A stretch of DNA of 64,000 nt from a bacterium (GTDB lineage Bacteria; UBA8248; JACPRG01; G963555815): assembly GCA_965261595.1 (NCBI GenBank), contig CBDHDG010000006.1, positions 1,408,001-1,472,000 of the forward strand. Reading direction: 5' to 3'. Below the pieces are notes generated by a model. It was not told the origin of the DNA and ran no database searches. It was given only the letters and a program-made list of their open reading frames with translations. Below, in pieces: positions 20,792 through 31,291 of this stretch; within the stretch, counting starts at the first letter, position 1; every line of letters begins with the position of its first letter. The position numbers and the translations under genes are program-made.

Positions 20792-22193
20792 TCAATCCCG
20801 AAAGACCGAACCCGATTCCCCCTTGTCGGTCTCCCGAACAACATGGGTGAAGCGCGAAATCTTCTGGAAAAGGTGCGTGAAATCGTTGGCGCGGTCCAGG
20901 TCCGCGTTGTAGCGGGACAGGTCCGAGGGGTCCCACCTCGACACGAAGGCGGGGCCGGGAGGCCCCGACCAGCCCGCCTTCGGAACCTGCTCTCCCCAAT
21001 GGCCCTTGAACCCGAACCAGGGTTGATTCTCGAGAATCTCGATCGCTGAGCGGGGATAGCCCACATATTCCAGGTCCTCGGAGCGGACGCCCGAAAAGAC
21101 CAGAAAACGCTCCACCATCCTCCGCGGCACGGACCACCCGGGCGCCAGACAAAGGCGGCCGACAACGCGCTCGTCGGCGGCGGCGATGACGTTGTCCCCG
21201 CCGAGCTTGAAGCCCCCAATTCTGATCTTCGGCACACGCCCCTCGAAGAGCGCGAAACCGGGCGTGGGGTAGGCGCCGTGGCCCCTTTTCACGATGGATG
21301 AAGGACATGGGATGGGTCTTGAGCCGATAGACGGCAAGCGGGTCGGTTCGCTTGGCGTAAGCATCGATCTGCGATGAGGTGTTCGGCCAAAGGCCCAGCC
21401 ACTTCTGGAAATCAGGCAGCTTTTTCGGATAACCCATGAGCCAGTCTTCGTAGTGGAAAGATTGGGTCACGTAGGTGTCGCCCCCATCCCGCCGGATGAG
21501 CACCTGGACCGTCGCGTCCCAGTCCCCTTCGTGTTGGTTCCAGAAGTCGTTGTAAAGGAAGAAGAAGAAATACTGAACGATGTCGTAGAGGCCCGCGCGG
21601 ACGAAGCGGTTGTCCACCTCGACGCCCTCGACCACGCGGGCATAGATTCTGGGGACATAGGGCGGAAGCGGGACCTTGGAGCGGACGCCTCCCTTGGGAT
21701 AGCGGGCGGCGAGGATCTTCCGGGCGGCTTCCCTGACGCCTTCGGGTCCCTGTCCCCGGATGTCGAAGACGCGCCGCACGTGGGGCTCGACGGTGAAATT
21801 CCTCATCCCCAGGGATTCCAGGTCGAGCGAGCTCCCGAAGACGTTCTCGCCGCGATGGACGGGGTCCCGGAGAAGGGCGTTCAATTCACCCAGGCTTTTC
21901 AGCGTCCTGAAAGGGCTGCCGTTCGGCCGGCGCCAAATGACGTTCGATCGGTGAAAGAAGGTCTCCACGCCGACGGGAAGGAAGTAATCGCTTTCGTGAA
22001 ACCAGAGGATTGGGGCGTGTCTTTGAACAAGGGCCCGCTTGGCCGCGGGGGTGAGGGCCTTCTTGACTTGCAGGGGAACAGGGGCGCATCCGCCGAACAG
22101 GCCGGCCGAGGCCGCGCCCCCGGCAACGGACTTCAGGAAGGTCCGGCGGGTGAGTTTGCGCGGCCGTTGAGATTGAGCGCCGAAGGCCTTCAT
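20792..22193 (-). CDS. Tat-exported lipoprotein with Vps62-like domain, frameshift near 21290
   Basis: TRRTFLK + FGGC lipobox; HAPILWFH..D.F.P, QYFFFF.YN...HEGDW, GHGAY, PWFGFKGHWG, GPPGP. Confidence 0.7.
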
Positions 22194-22238
22194 CGTAGGC
22201 GTCCCAAAAAGTCCGGGTGAAGGGGGGAAGATTCGCTT

Positions 22239-22838
22239 TCAGGTTGAGGGCCGGCTCCGATTCGCGATGGCTTCGAGGACTTCATCCGTCGAATCGGAGC
22301 CCCAGTAAGTCTTCCCATCCACAACGTACGTGGGGATGCCCGTCACGCCCTGCTCTTCTCCCTGCCGCCTAAGCTCATCCAGCTCCCCTGCGTAGGCCTC
22401 GGCGTCGAGGGCCTTTCGCAAGGCCGCCGCGTCCAATCCGACCCGCTCGCCGATCGAGACCAGGACCCCGGGATCGCTGATGTCCAGGTCTTGCTGATAC
22501 CGGGCGTCGTAAACGGCGTCGCGGAACTCCTCCATCCGGCCGTGGTCCCGGGCGAAAAGCGTCGCCTGATGCGCCAGGCGGGTCCGGCACTTCTTCCAGG
22601 GGAAGATCAGGTCCATGCCGTATCTTACGCTCAGGGCCTTGTGCTTGGCGAGAAGTTTTTCCGCCTCTTCCGGCGTCCGATCGAGAAAAGGAATGCCTTC
22701 CGGACGCCCCTCCCAGGGGACCCACCGGACTTTGACCCCGCTTTCCTTCTCGACCCGCGCCATCCCCCGGACGGCGATGTAACAATACGGTCAGGTGTAG
22801 TCGGAATATTTCAGGATTTCTTCTCGTCCGCCGGCCAT
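22239..22838 (-). CDS. Second DsbA/FrnE-like oxidoreductase, predicted selenoprotein (Sec at TGA 22791-22793)
   Basis: RBS GAGAGGAAAG then MAGGREEILKYSDYT-U-PYCYIA in frame with ORF 22239..22763; GVTGIPT cis-Pro. Confidence 0.87.
22758..22776 (-). promoter_or_regulatory. Candidate bacterial SECIS hairpin
   Basis: CGCCGTCC-GGG-GGATGGCG 8-bp stem with G loop, 14 nt after UGA. Confidence 0.6.
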
Positions 22839-23167
22839 CGCTTTCCTCTCCCGAGGGTCCTCCCGCCGGTTGAAAAGGAATTGAGCCGGCGATCCATCCT
22901 AGACAACTCCCCGCAGGACCCCAATGGACGATGGTCTTTGCCGGCCCGCATCTATTGCCTTCGCGGGTAAGGGGTGGGCGCGTTCCTTGAATTCGACAAC
23001 CGAATACTCTTAAAAGTTCTCTCAACCGCTCGGATGACCCGGAGAACGGGGCCGCTCCGTCTAAAGACAGGGGGGGCCTCCAGGGCGGAGACCCCCCGCG
23101 ACAAACCGGGCTTCTTTTCAAGTTGCCGGCCCGCGCGGGCGCCGAACCGAAGCCCGGAGCCCACGGG

Positions 23168-24206
23168 TTACATCGCGCTTTTGGGAACAAGCTTTCCCGG
23201 GAGAAACCGGTTTGTATAGACGTCCCGGATGTTCACCGCCGTTTTCCCCATTTTCCCCTTCATGTACTTCGTGACGATGTCCTGGGTGAACTTCATCTTC
23301 TTCTCTTCCTCCATGTAACCCAGGCCGGTCTTGAGGCTCTCCGGGGTGGCGACAAACCGGATGGTGGTCTTCCACTGCTCCAGCGTGTTGTCGTAACCAA
23401 GCGCGGGTTTGCTCTGAACCACGTATCGGACCGCCGCCTCGGGGTTGTCCACCGCCCAGGTCAGGGCCTCCAGCGTCGCCTTGACAAACCGCCGGACGAG
23501 GTTCGGATTCTTCTCGATCAGGGCTTCCTGCGTGATGATTCCGTTCCCGTAAAAGGGAAGTCCGTATTCGCCGTAAGGAATCTCCACGACCTCTCTGCCC
23601 ATGGCCTTCGCCTGGCGCTTGACCGATACGGCGGTCAAAGCGAACGTCAGGATCATATCCACCTTCCCGGCCAACAGGCTCGAGCCCAAGGCCGCGGCCG
23701 TCATCGTAATGAAATTGACATCGGACTCCTTCAGGCCGTTCTTCGCGAGAAGCGCCGGAAAGATCGTCCGCGTCGAGCTGGCGGCGACGTCGCCCACGCT
23801 CCGGCCGCGAAAATCAGCAGGGGTCCGGATACCGGAGCTCTTCATCGCGGCGACCTCGGATTGATCGTTGTGGTAGATCATCCCGACCTGTTTGACGTTC
23901 ACGCCCCGGCTGCGGGAAATGATGCTCGTCCCCGCTCCGGCCTCTCCGAAATGGCTTTTCCCGGTGAAGACCGTCGCGATGGTCGCCTTGGAGCCATACC
24001 CCCGCGTGATGCTGACGTCCAGACCCAGCTTCTTGTACCGGCCGCTTTCCAAGGCCGTAAAGAAGGCCGTGTGCCCGCCGTGAAACACGTAGGACATCGT
24101 CGCGAGGCCCTTATCGGCCGCCGACGCCATCGGCCGCCGACGCCGCCCCGACGGTCAGCCCGAGAACCATCCCGAATACCGCCGCGCCCGCCATCCATCT
24201 CTTCAT
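23168..24206 (-). CDS. NMT1/THI5-like ABC substrate-binding protein; signal peptide out of frame because of a 16-bp tandem duplication
   Basis: G.H..F..ALE.G.Y...GLDV.I..G.GS pattern; ATG 24206 signal peptide; duplication at 24113-24144. Confidence 0.85.
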
Positions 24207-24308
24207 CGCTGCGCCCTCCTTGAGTCAAGCGATTCCGCCGCGGGAACGCTGATTGCCCGAAGACATCTCAATCGGTGCGGAATTGCAACGCGCCGCGCCC
24301 AAACCGAC

Positions 24309-24980
24309 TTACACCCTTGCCTCCTCCTTGCGGGCGGCCGAATCCACGGCCCGGGTCCACGCGCTCTCCACCTCATTCGTCGTGGCGACGAGTCCGAAAT
24401 GCAGCTGGATGTTTTCCAGCGTCGCGTCGTGGCGCGCACGGCTGACGCCCGCGCAACAGTCCGAGACCACGACCATATCATAATCCCGCATGAAACCCTC
24501 GCGGGCGGTCGACTCCACGCAGACATTCGTCGCGACACCGGTCAGGATCAGCCTCCCGACGCCGAGCTCCTTCAGGACGGCGTCCAGCTCCGTCTCGGCG
24601 AACGCCCCATATCGGGGCTTCGTGATGACGACCTCCCCGGGTTTTGGGGTGATCCGCTCATCGTAGAACTCGGCGCCCCAGGTCCCCTCTTCCACCAGGC
24701 GGATATAGTCCTCTCCAAACTGGGCGCGAAAGAGCCGATCCATCGCCGGCCATTCGTCCAAGGCCGTCCGGGCAAGCCGAATATGGATGACGGGAACAGC
24801 GGCCTCTCTGGCCCTTTCGATGAAACCGTGCAGCCGCGGAACCATCTCGGGGACCATCGAGAGATCGTATCCCCTTCTCCCCAGGCCCCCTTCCGGGTGA
24901 CAAAAATCATTCTGAACGTCAATCACCAATAAGGCGCAGCCCCCCGGCTCGACCCACCGTCCGAGGCTCTCATGGCTCAT
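24309..24980 (-). CDS. Isochorismatase-family cysteine hydrolase (RutB-like)
   Basis: ALLVIDVQNDF, K.RY.AF, GVATNVCVESTAR. Confidence 0.92.
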   Translation of the reverse strand: MSHESLGRWVEPGGCALLVIDVQNDFCHPEGGLGRRGYDLSMVPEMVPRLHGFIERAREAAVPVIHIRLARTALDEWPAMDRLFRAQFGEDYIRLVEEGTWGAEFYDERITPKPGEVVITKPRYGAFAETELDAVLKELGVGRLILTGVATNVCVESTAREGFMRDYDMVVVSDCCAGVSRARHDATLENIQLHFGLVATTNEVESAWTRAVDSAARKEEARV

Positions 24981-25305
24981 GGTCCACGCCTCCACCCGCT
25001 CCAGCCGGGAAGTTCGTGAACATCGGGCGGATTCCCCCCTTCTTCAACCCCGGAGACCCGCCTGCCTCTCTCCCGCATGGGTGAACGCTATCCTCCCGCT
25101 TTCCGGTTGTCAATCGTCTTTTTCCGCTATCCAAGCGGACGCCGGAGACTCAGGAGAAACGGCCCGTCGCAGCCTTTCCAATCGGTCCTCTTTCCGAACC
25201 GGACCGGCCTCCCGCGCCGGATGAGGCGGGGTGTTATGATGCCTCGCGGGAACGGGAGCCCGGTCGGCTCCCTTCAGGACCCTGAGATTCGCGGGAAACC
25301 TCCAA

Positions 25306-26418
25306 ATGGTTGAAACGGAAAAGGCCCCTGAGACCGGCGTGGAAGAGGCGTTGCCGGTCGTTTTGGCCCGTGACCGGGAGCGCCTGCTAACGGACCTTCT
25401 GCGCCGCGTGTCGAGGTCTTTCTATTTGACGCTGTGCGTCCTGCCGGCGGGCCTGCGGGGGCCCGTGGGTCTGGCCTACCTGCTCGCCCGCGCCGCCGAC
25501 ACCATCGCCGATACGCGCATCCTCCCGCCCGCCGAGCGCCTGGGCCGTCTGCGGGCCTTCCGGGCGCAGGTGTACGGACCGGCAAAGGCGTCGGGGCTTC
25601 GGGAGATTCAGGAAGCGCTCCGGGAAAGACAATCCACACCCGAGGAGGTGGAGCTGCTGTCCTCCCTTCCCGAGGCGTTCTCGATGCTCGAAGACGCCGA
25701 CGAAGATGATCGCGGCCGCGTCCGCTCGGTCGTCGTGCGGCTCACACTCGGGATGGAGATCGACCTAACCACGTTTCCCCCGGAGGACTCCGGGCGGATC
25801 GAAGCGTTTCGGGAAGAAGCGGATCTGGACCGGTACATCTATTACGTGGCCGGGTGCGTGGGCGAGTTTTGGACAGTGATGAGCGTGGCCCACGCCCGGG
25901 CCTTGAAATCCTGGGACGCGGAGCGGATGTCGGAAATCGGCATGCGATTCGGAAAAGCCCTCCAGTTGACTAATGTCCTCCGAGACGTCCCGAAAGACCT
26001 TCGGATCGGCCGCTGCTACCTGCCCGAGATCGAGCTTTCCGGCGCGGGTATCTCCCCGGAAGACCTGCTCGATCCGTCCGCCGCCGAGAAGGCCCGCCCG
26101 GTTCTGTCCGGTTGGATCGAGACGGCCCTCGGGCACTACGGTGCAGCGGAGGAATACCTCCTGGCGATCCCCCGGCGATGCCCGCGCCTTCGCCTCGGGG
26201 CGCTTTGGCCGATCCTGATCGGGCTCGCAACCCTGGCCGACCTGGCGCGCAATGAGGCCTGGCTGGATCCGGACAGGCCCGCGAAGGTCAGCCGCCGGTG
26301 GGTTTACCGGATGATCGCCTGCTCGATCCCCGCCGTCCTTTCGAACCGTGTTTTACGCGCCTGGATATCCCGATTGCGAAAGGAAGTCGAGGCCCCCCTG
26401 AAGCAAAGCCGGTTTTGA
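25306..26418 (+). CDS. Squalene/phytoene synthase family protein
   Basis: VSRSF, YLLARAADTIAD, YYVAGCVGEF, GKALQLTNVLRD..DL..GRCYLP. Confidence 0.92.
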   Translation: MVETEKAPETGVEEALPVVLARDRERLLTDLLRRVSRSFYLTLCVLPAGLRGPVGLAYLLARAADTIADTRILPPAERLGRLRAFRAQVYGPAKASGLREIQEALRERQSTPEEVELLSSLPEAFSMLEDADEDDRGRVRSVVVRLTLGMEIDLTTFPPEDSGRIEAFREEADLDRYIYYVAGCVGEFWTVMSVAHARALKSWDAERMSEIGMRFGKALQLTNVLRDVPKDLRIGRCYLPEIELSGAGISPEDLLDPSAAEKARPVLSGWIETALGHYGAAEEYLLAIPRRCPRLRLGALWPILIGLATLADLARNEAWLDPDRPAKVSRRWVYRMIACSIPAVLSNRVLRAWISRLRKEVEAPLKQSRF

Positions 26419-26665
26419 TTCCGTGAAGCGGAAAGGAGAGCGTCGCGCTTAAACCCCCACGGCGCGGCAAAATCATGAGAACACTCCATCACCTGTTTCG
26501 CCGTCGGTTTGCGATCTGGATTTGCAATAGAAATTTTTTGGCCCATCCGCAATCACGCGTTGACCCTCGTCCCTTGGCGACCGCTTTGTGCTAACCTTTC
26601 GGGAAGACGTAAGCCTCTCGATTTCAAAGAAGACGTCGGGGCGAAAGGAGTCAGGAGGACAGACC

Positions 26666-27082
26666 ATGGAGAAACGAGTCATCCACCCCCAGCCCCCGGC
26701 GGCGGACATGCCCTTCGTCCCGGCCATCACGGTCAAGGGCGATCACACTGTCGTCTACGCCTCCGGATGCACCGCGTCCCCGCTTTATCACAGCCACCCC
26801 CACGTCGAGGAGGAGCTTCGGGTCCCCGACGACATCCGGGCGCAGACCCGTATGACGTTCGAGAACATCCAGCTCGTCCTGGGGGCCGGCGGCGCGACGC
26901 TCAAGGACGTGGTCCGGGCAACCGTCTACCTCACCAACCGGGAGGAGATGGACGCCATGAACGAGGAATATGAGAAGGTCTTCAGCGGCAACCTCCCGGC
27001 TCGGACGTGCGTCATAGTCAATGGTCTCGTCGCCCCGAACCTCAAGATCGAAATCGAGGCCACAGCCGCGATCCCGGATTAG
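26666..27082 (+). CDS. RidA/YjgF-family protein
   Basis: QTRMTFENI..VL...G, MNE.Y, PART, IEIEA. Confidence 0.9.
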   Translation: MEKRVIHPQPPAADMPFVPAITVKGDHTVVYASGCTASPLYHSHPHVEEELRVPDDIRAQTRMTFENIQLVLGAGGATLKDVVRATVYLTNREEMDAMNEEYEKVFSGNLPARTCVIVNGLVAPNLKIEIEATAAIPD

Positions 27083-27228
27083 ACGGGGGGGAGAGAATAG
27101 CTAAAGGGGGTCAGACACGTTCTTCATTCTGTCACCGGACGATTCTTGCCTTTTTCCGGACGGCAGATCACGACCAGCCCGCGTGGATGAGTAAATCCGC
27201 TCCCCCTCGGCCGGTCCCCTTGCCCTAG

Positions 27229-27244
27229 CGGCACGATCCTTGCA
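27229..27244 (+). promoter_or_regulatory. Candidate sigma-54 promoter
   Basis: CGGCACGATCCTTGCA matches GGCAC-N5-TTGC, 85 nt upstream of the PilZ-like gene. Confidence 0.55.
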
Positions 27245-27328
27245 CCCCTTAATCACTCAGAAATATCTTCCAGAAAAGGGGAAAATAGAACAGGTCCTTG
27301 GTTTTCCACCTACGCGAGGACAAGAGCG

Positions 27329-27592
27329 ATGTCCGAGAACAGGCACTACCTCCGATTGGGCCTCCTCCTTCCCTCCAAGGTGAGGGTCCTGGAATGCGAA
27401 GTTCAAGGGGTTTCGATCAACGACATCCGATTCTCCAGCAGGGAGGCTTTCCCCCCCGACTCGGTGAAAGAAATGACGCTTGACACGGGCGAAGATGAGA
27501 AACTGAAGGTCCAGGCCGCAACTCGGTGGTGCAGGCCCGCCTCCTCCGACGGGCATGAAGTGGGCGCGGAGATTTCCGTCCCGGCTTCATAG
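27329..27592 (+). CDS. PilZ-domain-like protein
   Basis: RHYLR (RxxxR), degenerate D/NxSxxG (GVSIND), 'RWCR....H.VG.E'. Confidence 0.6.
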   Translation: MSENRHYLRLGLLLPSKVRVLECEVQGVSINDIRFSSREAFPPDSVKEMTLDTGEDEKLKVQAATRWCRPASSDGHEVGAEISVPAS

Positions 27593-27808
27593 CCCTTATC
27601 ATCCGCAGATTACACAGATTATTTGAATTCATCGCCTCGATGATAAGGGTGTGAATCACCGCTTGTCTTGGTGACAAAATTAGTGGATTGAATCATCCGC
27701 TCCCAGGACGCCGGCAAGCTCATTTCCCCACAACCTTGAAAATCCCGTGTCGAATCCTACAGACTGTGGGACAAAGGCGGTTCCCGACCACCGGCATGTG
27801 ATTTTCAT

Positions 27809-29191
27809 ATGACTACACCCCCTCTGCTTCTCGAACACGGCGCGGTCCTGACCGTCGACGCGCAAAACCGGCGCTTCGACGAGGGATGGGTCTACATTGA
27901 GGACGGACGCGTCGTCTCACTCGGCGGCGGCCACCCCCCTGCCCTCCCCCCGGAAACCGAGCGCGTCTCCTTTCGCGGCAAGGCCCTACTTCCCGGTTTC
28001 GTCAACTGCCACACCCACCTGTTCCTGTCGGTCCTCCGGGGGACGTTCACCGGACTTCCGCTCTACGACTGGCTGAAGCGCACGTATTCGGCTGTCTCGT
28101 TCCTGACCGAAGAGGACTGCCGCGCCGCCGCGGCCCTGGGCTGCTTGGAGCTTGTCCGGAGCGGCGTGACGACATTCGTCGACCACCACTTCATGAACCC
28201 CCGGCCAGGGCTGGGGCGGGCCATCCTCGACGCCTACCGCCGCGTGGGAATTCGGGGGTTCTTCTCCCGCGGGATGATGGATATGGGCGACCTCTGTCCC
28301 GCCGAGGGGCTGGAAAAAGCCGGGGACGTCATTGAAGAATGCCGGGAGCTTCTGGCCGACCTCAAGGCGCCGGTGGCGCGGAAGGAGGTGGGGGTGTTCA
28401 TCGGCCCCAACTCCCCGGGCTATAACGTCACCACGGAGTCCCTTCAGGCCTGCTCGGAATTCGCCCGAGAGACGGGCATCAAGATGACCGTCCACGTCTC
28501 CGAGACGGTTCACGTCCTGGAAGACGTCCGGCGGCGCTACGGCCACGCCGGCGTCGTTGACTATCTGGAAGAGATCGGCGTTCTCGGCCCAGAAGTCCTG
28601 GCCGCCCACGTCATCCACGTCTCACCCGGGGAGATCGATCTTTTGGCCTCGCGGGGGGTCTCCGCGGCCTATAACCCGGTGGCCAACATGTACCTTGGAG
28701 ACGGCGTCGCGCCGGTCGGCGGTCTGACGGCCGCGGGCGTCCGGGTCGGCCTGGGGACCGATGGGGCCGCCAGCAACAACTCGCTGGACTTCTTCGAGAC
28801 GATGAAGTTCGGCTCCCTGCTTCAGAAGGCCCATCACCTGGACCCCACACGGCTCCACGCCCGGGAGACCCTGCGGATGGCGACGCAGGGCGGGGCCGAG
28901 TGCCTCGGGCTCGGGGATGAAATCGGCTCCATCGAGGCGGGAAAGCGGGCCGACTTGATCATCGTCCGCCCTTCGGGCCGGGCCCACACGACGCCCCTTC
29001 ACGACCTCGAAGCCCAGCTTGTCTACAGCGCGAAGAGCACCGACGTGGAGACGGTCCTGGTGGACGGGCGGTTTGTCCTGAGGGACGGAGAATTGGTGAC
29101 GACCTCCGAGGAGGACATCATCGGAGAGGCCGAGGCCTCGGGGGAGAGAATGCGGCGCGGCTTCCGGAGGATATGGGGGCCGTCATCCTGA
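27809..29191 (+). CDS. Metal-dependent amidohydrolase (MtaD/AtzA/guanine deaminase-like)
   Basis: PGFVNCHTH, HVSET, AHVIH, GLGTDGAASNN, GSIEAGKRAD. Confidence 0.92.
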   Translation: MTTPPLLLEHGAVLTVDAQNRRFDEGWVYIEDGRVVSLGGGHPPALPPETERVSFRGKALLPGFVNCHTHLFLSVLRGTFTGLPLYDWLKRTYSAVSFLTEEDCRAAAALGCLELVRSGVTTFVDHHFMNPRPGLGRAILDAYRRVGIRGFFSRGMMDMGDLCPAEGLEKAGDVIEECRELLADLKAPVARKEVGVFIGPNSPGYNVTTESLQACSEFARETGIKMTVHVSETVHVLEDVRRRYGHAGVVDYLEEIGVLGPEVLAAHVIHVSPGEIDLLASRGVSAAYNPVANMYLGDGVAPVGGLTAAGVRVGLGTDGAASNNSLDFFETMKFGSLLQKAHHLDPTRLHARETLRMATQGGAECLGLGDEIGSIEAGKRADLIIVRPSGRAHTTPLHDLEAQLVYSAKSTDVETVLVDGRFVLRDGELVTTSEEDIIGEAEASGERMRRGFRRIWGPSS

Positions 29192-29273
29192 ACGGACGGC
29201 GATCCCGCCTCCGGAAACAACCGATTTCATCCGGCCATCCCGGTCGAGCGCAGTTTTCGATAAGAATCACGGG

Positions 29274-29825
29274 TCAGGCGGGACGCGGAGTCCACGGAAC
29301 GTGGAAGTTGGAATCGTTGTGCTGGATCGTGTTGATGAACGCAAGGGCGAGAGGCTTTCCGGACGCCTCGGCGAGCGGAGTCAGATGAGACAACAAATCA
29401 CCCCGCCGGCAGAATGTCCGGTACCCCGCGGCCTCGTAGACTTCCTGCTCCGGTAGACCGCTCGCGAAGATGATCCCCGCCCGGGCGCCTCTCCATTCCG
29501 CCGGGAGGCTTTGGGCAAGCGGCAGGCCCTGGCCCGCGTTGTTTCCGAACGCGACAAAATCGATGCCGCCGCCCGGGTCGCTCAACGCCCCGATGATCCC
29601 GGCCGGGCGGACCTGATCCCAGTTCAACCCTTCCCGGCTTGCCGTTTCGGCGGTGAGCGCGGATGGATATCCGTCGCCAATCCGGTAAGCGCCCGCTCGA
29701 TCAACCAACCGAATCCAAGGCAATGGCGGGGCCGTGACAAATTCCCCGACGGTCACCTCGTTATCCAGAATCAAGGCAACGAAATGGCCGGAGAAATGGG
29801 GAGAAAGCTCGTCTGAAACCATCAT
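29274..29825 (-). CDS. Hypothetical protein
   Basis: Coding-like ORF (FGNNAGQG, FINTIQHN); no family recognised. Confidence 0.6.
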   Translation of the reverse strand: MMVSDELSPHFSGHFVALILDNEVTVGEFVTAPPLPWIRLVDRAGAYRIGDGYPSALTAETASREGLNWDQVRPAGIIGALSDPGGGIDFVAFGNNAGQGLPLAQSLPAEWRGARAGIIFASGLPEQEVYEAAGYRTFCRRGDLLSHLTPLAEASGKPLALAFINTIQHNDSNFHVPWTPRPA

Positions 29826-29904
29826 GAACCCCCGCGGACAAGGCGCGTCCGCTCGCAAGAAAGGGAAGACCACCCACACCGAGCGGATAACCCTTTGATT
29901 TTAT

Positions 29905-29981
29905 TGGCGCCCACGGCACGACTCGAACGTGCGACCCCAGGATTAGGAATCCTGTGCTCTATCCACCTGAGCTACGTGGGC
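29905..29981 (-). tRNA. tRNA-Arg (anticodon CCT)
   Basis: GCCCACG/CGTGGGC acceptor stem, D arm AGCTCAGGTGGATAGAGC, anticodon arm CAGGA-TTCCTAA-TCCTG, GTTCGAG T-loop, encoded CCA; 77 nt. Confidence 0.97.
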
Positions 29982-30200
29982 AGGCTATCCTTTCAATGGG
30001 CTCGCCAACGACCCTCCATCCGCGTCGTCTCGTGACCCCGCGACTTCTCGACTGTATTTAGGTCCACGCCCTTCATTGCCAAGTCCGAAGCGGAGCACGA
30101 GACCATCGTGTTGGTGAGAAATCCGGCTTACCCCCAACCGGGAACTTCCAATCCCACGCCGAGGAGGTGGCCGAAGAGATCGGTCAGTTTCTGACGATCC

Positions 30201-30453
30201 TCTTCCGGCGGTGGCGGCTGGATATGGGATGTCTCAAAGAAGAAATGGGAGCAGAAGTCCGACGCGAGCTGGAAATCCCCGACCGGTGGCGACAGCAGCT
30301 ATCGAAACCGCCTCCGTCACCCCGTGGTCCAGGTGAGCTGGAAAGATGCGCGGTCTTATTGCAGATGGGCAGGGAAGGGGTTGCCGACAGAGGCCGAATG
30401 GGAAAAGGCGGCTCGTGGGGTGAATGGCCGGAATTATCCCTGGGGGAATGATT
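30201..30453 (+). pseudogene. Internal fragment of an FGE-sulfatase (SUMF1/C-type-lectin-fold) domain gene
   Basis: Translates [45 protein letters not shown], cut at an inverted-repeat end; not in the ORF track. Confidence 0.85.
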
Positions 30454-30510
30454 CGTGATTATGCCTTTGACGCAGTAAGACACAAGATATAGGTGCGATT
30501 TTGAGACACT
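30454..30510 (+). repeat. Extra direct copy (57 bp) of the cassette left end
   Basis: Identical to 30540..30596. Confidence 0.9.
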
Positions 30511-30631
30511 GGGAAAAGGCGGCTCATGGCCGGTTGATTCGTGATTATGCCTTTGACGCAGTAAGACACAAGATATAGGTGCGATTTTGAGACACTACAT
30601 GTTGTGGTTATCCAACAGGAGGGGGTCACTT

Positions 30632-30847
30632 TTAGGGACCCGTGGAACCACATATCCTCCCATTGATGATGGCTGGTGGCCCGACGTAAGAGCCCCGAAT
30701 TTCGAGTGGGATGCGTTTCTTCGGCGGTTTCTTATTCCTTATCCCCATCAAGTAGAAACCCGCATAGAAGAGAAGATCAATAACCCTAGAGGCTGCTTCG
30801 GAGATGAACCATTCAAAAACGTCAAATCCTTCGCATTTTGCTTCCAT
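30632..30847 (-). CDS. Small hypothetical cargo protein
   Basis: 71-aa ORF with RBS GGAGGA inside the cassette. Confidence 0.45.
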   Translation of the reverse strand: MEAKCEGFDVFEWFISEAASRVIDLLFYAGFYLMGIRNKKPPKKRIPLEIRGSYVGPPAIINGRICGSTGP

Positions 30848-30940
30848 TGCCCCAGTCCTCCTTCAAGGTTGGGTGGTGATGGAACCGCAGCGCCAGGGGC
30901 GGGATCCCCTGGCGCTGCACTTGTAAATCTTATTTTCCAC

Positions 30941-31291
30941 TTATTTGCACGAGATGAACTCGCACAACGTCTCAAAAACCTTGAATTCCCCTTCAAAACG
31001 GAAAGTCGTAGAGCCAGGGATGCTCTTCAGGTATTGGAATCCTTTTGGATGCTCACTCACCATGAAAATACGCCATTTCTCCTTTGCGTTTCGGTATCCA
31101 AGTTTATACAAAGCTACCAAATCGCGATCGTCCAACATGCGAAGTATGAGTTTTCTTCGTTCCAAATCCACATAAGCGGGGCTGTACACCGCACCTTTTC
31201 CGATAAAACAGGCCTTGTTGGATTCTCCAGCCATGACGGCGGAAGATGCGATGAGGGCAGTTGTAAGTATGCAACCGCCGATAGTACGCAT
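30941..31291 (-). CDS. Secreted hypothetical cargo protein
   Basis: Signal peptide MRTIGGCILTTALIASSAVMA; 116 aa. Confidence 0.6.
   Translation of the reverse strand: MRTIGGCILTTALIASSAVMAGESNKACFIGKGAVYSPAYVDLERRKLILRMLDDRDLVALYKLGYRNAKEKWRIFMVSEHPKGFQYLKSIPGSTTFRFEGEFKVFETLCEFISCK

Noticed and set aside
30201..30453. Diversity-generating retroelement
   Set aside because: FGE fragment only; no reverse transcriptase, and no TR/VR pair with adenine-specific mismatches seen
30454..30596. 57-bp repeat / 29-bp spacer / repeat as a mini-CRISPR
   Set aside because: Only two copies, the 'spacer' echoes upstream sequence, and the repeat has an inverted partner at 31461-31497, so it is a transposon end
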